Of a stretch of DNA of 64,000 nucleotides, positions 55,483 through 64,000 are shown piece after piece (positions within the stretch are counted from its first letter, which is position 1; each line of letters begins with the position of its first letter). The position numbers and the translations under genes were made by a program. The notes under the pieces were generated by a model. That model saw only the letters and a program-made list of their open reading frames with translations, was not told where the DNA came from and did no database searches. This DNA is from Eutreptiella sp. 'Long Island Sound 2002' (lineage: Eukaryota; Protista; Euglenida). Location of the stretch: assembly GCA_964036045.1 (NCBI GenBank), contig OZ038378.1, forward strand, positions 158,906,001 through 158,970,000, given 5' to 3'.

Positions 55483-58286
55483 CAGGGGGGGGAGGGGACT
55501 TCGCGGCGGGAATTTTTCGGCGTGGGATATTTCGTGTTTCAAATTTGTGCCAAATCTCCCACACGATTTTCAGGCCGCTGTGCAAAGTAGACCCGCTTCG
55601 AAATTTAGCAAACGTATTGTCCAGCAGTTGCCTGAGCATTTGGAGACGGGGTGTAGTGGAATCTGTGGGTCGAGTGGTCGTGTATGATGAGGGAGCTGAT
55701 ATGAAGCGCCACAGCAGCATTCATCTTCAGGTGGCAGAAGTCTGTTGTGCCCTTCCACAAGAGCTGAAGCAGAAAACAGTCGCCATCAGCTAACAGCAGT
55801 GCATCAGACAATAACAGCAACCACCCGGAAGTAACAACAACCACCAGCAATCAACAGCAAGCCACCAGGAATCAACAGCAGCCCTCCAGGAGTTAATTTG
55901 CAGCAAGCCACCAAGAAGGAACAGCAACCCTCCACCACTCACTAGCAACTCATATCCCCATCCACTTGCACAACACAACACAAGCTGGGGAACCACCAAG
56001 CTTTGCACGACTTACAGGATAAGGCTGTGCCAAGGAGCTTCTCCTAGATGCGGCAGAGTGTAATGTTGGGGCAGATCCAGAGGGTGAGGCGGGCAAGCCT
56101 TGCACATAGGGTCTGGGATGGCCCATACTGATTAAGGCAGGGGTGTTGACTCAGGCAGATGTGCCCTTGTGTTGCTTGTTGGTGATCCCTAAGAGTGCTG
56201 CCAATTTTATCCTGTCTAATTTGGATTGAACATCCCCCCCCCCCTTTGCAAACTCCCCCCCCTTGCAATCTCCCCCCCCCACCCGGGAGACCGTCACTTG
56301 CATGTTTTTCTAGTTAACATGTATTGTGCTGGTTTGTGTTGCCCATCTGCTTTACGCATGGCCTTGCATTGCTTTCCCATTACTACAAATCAAGCACCTG
56401 TGTGTGTTCTGTGATATTCTCTCTCCAAAGGCGTTGTATGGGTGTGTTGTGTTGCTACTTCAGACCCAAGATGTTTTCTCCCGGTGACCATGTACGGTCA
56501 TGCCTGTCATGCAAACTGAGCATGTGCAACAGTTCAAAGTGTGTTATTCTCGTACCCAGGAGTTCTTCACCGTTCCTTTGGATCCTCAATAACATTAGTG
56601 GTGGATGAAACACATTGGCACCGCATCAATGCGAAAGTCGCTTGACACGTGTTCTCTTTGCTTGCATACCCTTGCAATCTCCCCCCCCTCCCCGGGAGAC
56701 CGTCACTTGGCGACCGTCTCCCCCCCCCACCCGGGAGACCGTCGCGCGCTAACCCGGGAGTTTGCAAGGGGGGGGCAGGGTACTTACGGGCAAGCCACAC
56801 CAGTTCTTCTTCTTCCACAAATAAAAAGGGCACATCCAATGCTTCGTGCATCATATGCATACAATCTCAACATAAATTGATGCGCCCTGGCAAGACACTG
56901 CCTTTAGGCACTACAATTTCTTGAAAATGATGCTCTCACCACCCAGTAGGGGGTACCCGCCACATCCCGTCATCAATATCTGTATGGATGATGAATGCAA
57001 ACGCTTACTGTCATGTTGCACATCCGGGCATAGTACTGTCCTATTCTTGCTCATCACCTTCGGACCAGGGGGGAGCAGTTTCTCAAAAATCAGATACCGT
57101 GCTTCAAACCCCCCTCCCAAGGAGTTTTAGAGAGGGGGTTGGGTTAAAGGTGTTCTACACTGAAAAGGGGACGCCCCTTGTGTTTTGCATACCACGCCGT
57201 GGTCACTGCACACTCATTTATCCTTGCTGTTGATGCATTTTATGGCACATTTTCAGAGTGGTAGGGAAGCGGTGGCCTCAGGGGTTAGCACACAACAGAG
57301 GCCTCCACTCTACCTCCCCACCAATGTCACAGTGATTGTAGCCCCCACACCATGCTAGGGGAGGGCTGCTGTTGACGACAAAGAGACCTCTTCGACAATA
57401 ATTTCAATAATAAGAAATAGTAGGAGGTTCAGAAAAAGTTGTGTGCCCAAAAGGGGCGGTTGGCAAATCCCAGCATGGTGTCCAAGTTCTGAGAACCCCC
57501 CCCCCCCCCCCCGTGCTTTGGCCCATTGTGATGATACTCACTTTTGCATCCTGGGACAGATATCAACTTTACGGATCGGGACCTCATGTGACAGAGCTGG
57601 TGTGGGCAGAAGAAGATGAGAGATATGTGTCAGGGTAGTGATTAAAAAACCACCCGGAAGATGGTAGGAAGATGCCTTTGTATGACATGCGTACCCTTAT
57701 ACTGCCAAAGTGCTGGGTCATGGTCATGAATCAGTTCAAATGCTCCTGCACTTTTCGAGGTCCAAACTGCAGCACAACAAACCACCCAGTTTGTGTTGTA
57801 GCTATGTTGCGAAGCATCCAACCAAGCATCATAACCCCTCCTGCTTGCGCAAACAATAGCAAAGGGAAATTTGCGAAAATAACGCTTCGTGGTGTCTAGA
57901 CAAAGGCATGGCCTACGCGCAATGTCAAGCAATGTCCTTTTAGAATAAGCTAGGTGTCTTTGGCATTTGTACCCCCCCCCCCCTCATTGAAATCTCCCCC
58001 CTAGCACGCAACTGCCCACCCCCCATGCCCTTGGGGGGGGGGATTGCAAAGGGTCCATGGACACAAGCTAAACAAATGTCCAATGCACATCAGGACGGAA
58101 CAACAACCCTCTAAGGCTCAACAGCAAGGCATCAGCAAATAACAGTAACCACCACCAACCAAAGGTTGGCTCACAGCACATGGGTGCGAAATTTCCCACA
58201 GCAAATTCAGGACTGCATGCGAAATACACCCGCTTCGAAATATCCCATGGCAAAAAATTCCCACTGCGATGCCCCCCCCCCCCCTG
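55483..58286. mobile_element. Candidate old 2.8-kb TIR element (CAGGGG...CCCCTG)
   Basis: About 50-bp imperfect inverted repeat GGGG..TCGC.G.GGGAATTTTT.G.C.TGGGATATTTCG at both ends; no TSD found. Confidence 0.4.
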
Positions 58287-58311
58287 TGTATGTGTATGTG
58301 TGGCCATGGCC

Positions 58312-58370
58312 ACGTGAGAGGTCAGTCCACTTCAGGAGACGTGAGAGGTCAGTCCACTTCAGGAGACGTG
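58312..58370 (+). repeat. Exact 27-bp tandem duplication
   Basis: ACGTGAGAGGTCAGTCCACTTCAGGAG twice, plus ACGTG. Confidence 0.95.
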
Positions 58371-59284
58371 GATACATATTGCAATACCGGGCCACGGCTC
58401 CTTTGATGGTCTCCCCCAAGTACCAATCCTTTACCGTCGCATAAACCCATGCCACTGTGCCGAACATCACACTGCAGGAATGGGATGTTCAGTACTTCCG
58501 ATGGTCCCCCTTCCCTGTCTGCCAGTGCGAGAAACACTGCAGCTGCAGCTGCAGCACAGGGGATGTGGTGTGCTATCAGGGCAAACCCAGCATCAAATCA
58601 GGCAGGATCTGTCTGTGCATTGCAATGGAGTACGGCATGCACATGCCAAGAAGCGATGCAGTCATTGCAGAAGGCCAGCCGAGTGAACCAGGAACAAGCT
58701 AGAGAGGGAGCCTCTTGCTCTACTGGGGCCTAAAGATCCTTTTCCACACCTGATCTATAAGGACTTGATCTATAAGGAACACACGGGAGGGGAACAGAAC
58801 CAACGTGCCTATGGACGAAGCTTCTTAATATGCACCCCTTCCTTTGTTGTTGCATGAAATCCAACTAAATCCAACAAATGTCATCTCTTGAGCAATACTG
58901 CTATGAACAAGATAGCCACTGTCTGGTTGGAAAATACGATCATCCAAATTGGCATGTGACGATTTGAGTCTCATGAAATGTCTTTTTTATTTCATATTTC
59001 AACTACAGTGTTCCAGGCCTTAACCGTGCAAACAAGGTATGGCAAGTATACGGGTGCCAGGGTCTATGGGGGAGCCTTAAGCGCAGTGCGCGTGCAGTGC
59101 GCGCGCAGTGCAACTATTTGGGCGTCCGGCCGTACTAGAGACCCATACTTTGAGATACTAGGGGCCCCTAGGGGCATCATGGTGATCCCTAGCGGAGGTT
59201 TTGACTTCTGATTTTGTCCCCCTTTGTTTGGGTGTGCCAAAGGTGATTGAGCAGATCTTGCGGTTCGGCAAGGGTAACCACTAA

Positions 59285-59686
59285 CCAAGGGATGAGGAAA
59301 GTGTAATTATCCAGGATGGGCTTGATGGCCAACCATTCTCTGAAGGCGGCAGTGAAGCGCCAACACTGCAGCCTGCGATTGACCGTTTGCGCCGTGAGAA
59401 AAGAGAGAGAGAGGCCAAGAAACAAGCAAAACATGCGCAACAGGTCCTAGAAAAGCGGCAACGCACACTGGATGCTTTTTGTGTTGCTGCGCCCCCTCGG
59501 GCCGATGTGGCTTCGTCCAGCTCCAATCTCCCTCAACCCTCTCAGTCCTCGCAACCCCCTGTGGCTACACAATCTCAACCCCAATCCGATTCTAACCGCA
59601 GGGGAAAGGAGAGAGCCCCTTCCTCACAACCGAAACGACGCATGTGGCACTGGGGCATCGTAAGGAACATGTGTGTGTTATGTTAA
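59285..59686 (+). CDS. Protein-like open frame or exon with a coiled/basic stretch and a PIP-box-like motif
   Basis: PRDEESVIIQDG...RLRREKREREAKKQAKHAQQVLEKRQRTLDAFC...; QRTLDAFC at 59459-59482. Confidence 0.45.
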   Translation, partial: PRDEESVIIQDGLDGQPFSEGGSEAPTLQPAIDRLRREKREREAKKQAKHAQQVLEKRQRTLDAFCVAAPPRADVASSSSNLPQPSQSSQPPVATQSQPQSDSNRRGKERAPSSQPKRRMWHWGIVRNMCVLC

Positions 59687-59839
59687 GGGAAGGTAGTTTG
59701 CAACTTTCTTGAGCTGGGGCAGTTTGGGTCACCTAATTCTAAGGGCGTTTCCAAGGGGTGTGCTTGGGGGCTCTTCGGGGGGAACATAGTCTAAAAGTAG
59801 CGCGCAGTGCGCGTGCAGTGCACACACAGTGCAAAGATT

Positions 59840-60170
59840 CCCCCTATGGCACGGCATGTGGTTGGGTGTATAGTTGGGTGTGTGGCAGGAGGTATTGCAG
59901 GTGTGTGGTTGTGTGTGACATGCGACACACCATGTGGTTGGGTGTACACCAGGGTGTGTAGCAGGAGGTATTGCAGGTGTGTGGTTGGGTATGTATCAGG
60001 AGGTGTGGCGGGGTGCGTGGCAGGTGGTATTGCGGGGCATGTGGTGGGGTGTATGGCAGGGCTTGTGGCAGGGTGGTATTGTGTGGCAGTGGTGAGGGCA
60101 CGCCATGTAGCTGGGTGTATACCGGTGTGTGGCAGGGTATGTAGCAGGGACCCTTTGCAGGATGTGTGGT
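59840..60170 (+). repeat. Degenerate GT-rich minisatellite
   Basis: Recurring GCATGTGGTTGGGTGT and GCAGGAGGTATTGCAGG units. Confidence 0.7.
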
Positions 60171-60289
60171 TAGGTCGCTGGGCTTGTGGCCCAGCCCACC
60201 TCTTGCCCCCGTCGTTGATACCTTTAGGGCACTGCAACATGAGACTTTGTCATCTACTGCTGCTTGTGTTATGTGGGCTGCTCCATGTG

Positions 60290-61121
60290 CTTGCCCGCAA
60301 TTATGGGCTGCGCATTCCGCGAAAGGGACGGATCGCGGTACCCACTGGTGCACCAGAGCCACTGAAGGCCCCGGCACCTCCTCTTGCAGTGAAGCAAGGA
60401 CCGCCACCTGACTCAACAAAAGCACCGAGCCCTGCACCAGCACAAGCACTGGCTTCCGCACCGTTGAAGTCGTCTGGAGAGCCCATTCCGGCAGATGTGC
60501 CTGACGAGGTGCCCAAGGCAGGAGCGCCACCCGCCCCATCGCAGGTGGTTTGTTTGTCCCCATCCTTCCTTGTACCTGATGGTTGAGGATCCTACAACAC
60601 TGCAGCCTTGTCTCCGATGGCGTGGGGTTATGCAGCTACATGACGGATCCCTGGTCCTTAGATTTCATGTGCGCCTGGCAGATAATTGTTCAGGAGGCAC
60701 CTATCCATTCTACGTTCCATATCGTGACCCACTGGGCCCTGCATACTATGGTATCGGTTTGATTGCTCATGAAGCCTCATAAAGCTCTGTGGAGCAGCAC
60801 TCCTCGTGTGGGTGCTGCACCAATGCCAGTCCGCTGGGCAGCTTGGGCGGTTCTCTGTCTCCCTCAGTAATTTTATGCCTGTTTTTGTGCTCCACTACCT
60901 GCATTGTGTACATCTCTCTCTCTCTCTTTCAGGCGTTTGCAGGACCGGCTTCAGCACCTCAGCAGATGCCAGCAGGACCGCTCTCTGGGAAGTTGGATGA
61001 AGATTTTGCAATTGATGAAGTGAGCATGGAGGCACCCGTGGAGTGGGAAGCGGAGATGGAGGCACCCGTGGAATGGAAAGCGGAGATGGAGGCAGCCGAT
61101 GAGGGGGAAGCGGAGATGGAG
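60290..61121 (+). CDS. Two candidate exons (about 60290-60544 and 60933-61121) of a Pro/Ala-rich protein with acidic 10-aa repeats
   Basis: Phase-0 donor CAG|GT at 60545, polypyrimidine acceptor AG at 60931-60932, phase-0 donor GAG|GTACGT at 61122. MEAPVEWEAE-type repeat occurs three times. Confidence 0.45.
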
Positions 61122-61500
61122 GTACGTCGTCTCAGCTATGGAAACACTGCGGCAATTAATACGGTCGGGGGGATGGGATGGGATGGGATCGGACTGCGTC
61201 CGCCACCAGTGTTGACGGATCCTGGAGCGCCTTGCCCGGAGGGACTGTGGCAGACCTGTCAGGTCGTCTCAGGCTGCCCCAAGCTGCACTTGGGGCTACA
61301 AGGCCACCATAGATCCTGGGCGACCCAGGCACAGTGAAGGCCAACACATGCCCATGCACATGCACACATACATACACAACCATGTTAATTCATAGTCCTG
61401 ACCGCGGGCACTGTGGCCCTACGCAAAGCAGTCATCGGAGTGTCTGCGCTCATTTGCAAGCAGTGGCAGTCACTGCAGGTCCCACAACCTGCCACAGTGT

Positions 61501-61936
61501 GGCTTGACGGAATAAACCGGACATGGGATTGGCGGACATACCAGCTCGGTGGACATACCCGCTCGGTGGACAAGCGGCCGGCCAGCCGGCTGGCCGACTG
61601 TCCAGCCGGACACCCAACTGTCCGGTTCATTCCAGTAACCCCCATACCAACAAACCCCCTCCCGTTTACTGGTGCACCACTGCACTGCGGTCTGTAGTCT
61701 GTAGACGCGGTCTGCTACAAGTAGACACGGTCCGTTAATTGCACACGCCGCCGAACAGGGGGTTGTCGGGATGAACGGAAGGGTGGGGATTGTTGGTAGG
61801 GGGGTTCACAGGAATGAACCGGACAGTCGGCCGGCCGACTGTCCGGCCGGACAACTGGCCATGTGGGCGGCCGGCCAGCCGACTGTCCGCCGAGCCCGTA
61901 TGTCCGCCGAACAGCATGTCCTGTTTAATCCAGTGT
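61501..61936. mobile_element. About 430-bp MITE of the same long-TIR family as 15623-17658
   Basis: Left GCTTGACGGAATAAACCGGACATGG...; the right end is its imperfect reverse complement. Internal GCCGACTGTCC / GGACAGTCGGC subrepeats. Confidence 0.7.
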
Positions 61937-62250
61937 CGGAAACACATGGGCAGTGGTGCACAATCCATGATGCACGAGGCCGGGGCCAAGCCAGGCCTGG
62001 GCCAAGCCACCACACCATAGGGGAACGCTGTGCACACAGTGTGCACGCAGTGCCCACATAGTGCAAAGTGTTGTATTTCAGTAACCACTCAAACCCCAGT
62101 TTCGGCCCTTTTGCGGAGGTTTGTTGTTCCATAATAGGGTTTTTTGTGTGCATTCTTTAGGCTTCTTGTGCATTCGGGTATTGACATATTTGAATTGTCA
62201 TCCATTTTCACCTATTTTCGCCCATTTGTACCCATTTCCACCCCCTTTTT

Positions 62251-62770
62251 TTGCACGTTCCTTGTTGTAGATGGATGGTGGATTACGTGGACTCCCACAC
62301 ACTGTGTGGATCTGACCCTAACCCCAAAGATGTGGCTTGGTGGATTGATTGGTGCTCTGCTAGTTCCTCCAAGGAACCTTGGGCAGTATATACACAACTC
62401 CATGAACAAGTCAACCTCATAGGTGTTGGTTGTGTTACAACGGAGGATTTTGATATAAAGTATGGCGCAAAAGGTTTGTTGTCCTGGGTCTTTTTTCTTC
62501 GGCAAAGTCCAAGTTGGGACAACTCTGCCTGTATGTCTCATTTAGATTGTTCGGATGATGTGTATATGCGAAATGTTGCACGTGTTCGTACATTCTTGAA
62601 TGTAGTGGTGGATGAGATTTGGTGGTATGAAAGATTGCCCCCCTACAATCATAATCCCCATTTACCGTATTTCATCGCTCATTACACCGATGGCATGCCC
62701 ATATGCTCAGTGGGTGGATCTTTGTCTAATGTACTCTTCAATGCCAAGTACACCCCTTGGAATGCGCCCT
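62251..62770 (+). pseudogene. N-terminal half of a Harbinger/ISL2EU-type transposase
   Basis: LLSWVFFLRQSP...VVDEIWWYERLPPYNHNPH...YTDGMPI...LFNAKY (first catalytic Asp and KY motif). Similarity stops after NAKY. Confidence 0.6.
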
Positions 62771-64000
62771 CTAGGAGATGTATCTGCTCCACAGAAGGGC
62801 ACACCCACCACCCGTCTCCTTTGCTCTCCCTTTGCCCATACTAGCCGGGGTCTGCTGCTGACCCTGCCTAAACTCCCTAGACCACTCTGCTTCCAACCTA
62901 CCCATCTTGTGTGAGAAGCCCCCCCTCCCCCCCCCTCAACACGCTGGGAGCTGCGGTGAGAGTGATGTCCTCTGGCAAGCCCCACTGGTCTCAAGACCTT
63001 CAGACCTAGTCCTAGGCAAAGCTTTTGCACTGTGTGGGCACTGCGTGCAAATTGCAGTGAAACCAACCCCATGCCACCTCTGGCAAACACGGCAAAGCAA
63101 CAAAGCCAACACGCTACACATTGAACCACTACCAACCTAGTACTTCTTTTTTTTTTGACTGACTCCAGAAGTTCAAAGAGTACTCAAGACTGTGCTTAGG
63201 AAAGTGGGCGACTCCAGCATATGATACAGTGGATCCCCGCAATGCGGGGCACATGTCAAAGACCCAAGGTTCACATGCGTACGAAGCACTACCAACCTGG
63301 TACTTCGATGTACCTATGAACATCTCAATTAGTGTTGTAGAGTACAACTATGCAACTATGCAGTGGCATGCAACCACTGTACTCTTGTAAGCGCCATCGT
63401 GATTACCTACTTCACAATCAAAGAACTGTTCGTGCGTTCCCGAAGGACCACGTTATAAGCTTGAGCACAGTGTTCTCCATGCAGTTTTGTAGGCAAAGCA
63501 GACAAAGGGTAGACAAACATTAGCTTCATCGTGCTGTTCTGCATGGCATCTTGCAGGCAAAGTAGGCACCAAGCATCCAACCAAAATTCCACTGGGTTCG
63601 GGCTGAAAAATTTCTTCCGAGCTCCCCCGGCACGGTCGGCTGGGAAGCCCATGGAACATTCCTACCGATATCGGTTGCGTTTTGGGACCCGATCTGGCTG
63701 CCAAAACTTCCGAGCATCTTTCCAAGGGTTTTCGAAAACTTCCAAGCGACGGACCGAAGCATATCGCATGCACGTCGGTACAGATTTCCTGGAATTGCCA
63801 CCGGTAACCGGACAATATTGGTCTCTCTTCCAATGTTCTATGCTGGGCACCGGTGGTACATGTGTGGTTGCAAACCTGATAAGCGGCCACCTGGTTCACG
63901 CTGGTAACCACAGGCATGGGACTGCAGGGCACAACCTAGGCAGGGGCTGGACTCCAAAAGCAGCGGATGTGCAGGTGTTTGGCAAACCGATCCCGATTGG

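Overview
Eukaryotic, transposon-packed genomic DNA. TTAGGG repeats, GT-AG introns, small high-GC3 exons in multi-kb introns and a VIPER/TATE-type retroelement suggest a euglenozoan, probably a euglenid alga; this is inference only, with no database search. Main contents: (1) a complete 6.0-kb tyrosine-recombinase retrotransposon (1379-7397) with split direct repeats and the order gag - YR - RT/RNaseH - extra Arg-rich ORF, with signs that YR was made by UGA readthrough from gag; (2) a 6.8-kb DNA transposon (29329-36150) with 13-bp TIRs and a perfect 8-bp TSD, encoding a spliced, very large RNase H-fold (P-element-like) transposase that appears internally deleted; (3) three related MITEs with perfect 8-bp TSDs and a shared GGCGCCGAAGGCGCC hairpin, two carrying telomeric (CCCTAA)n arrays; (4) a long-TIR element family, with an empty target site present in the window; (5) Harbinger/ISL2EU-like transposase and LINE remnants; (6) a duplicated tRNA-like Pol III element; (7) three host genes reconstructed by hand: a 3-exon membrane-protein 3' end, a 4-exon divergent mitochondrial-carrier-like gene and an intronless multi-TM gene. 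Most listed ORFs are GC-rich shadow or repeat ORFs. All family assignments rest on motifs recognised by eye and need HMM/structure confirmation.
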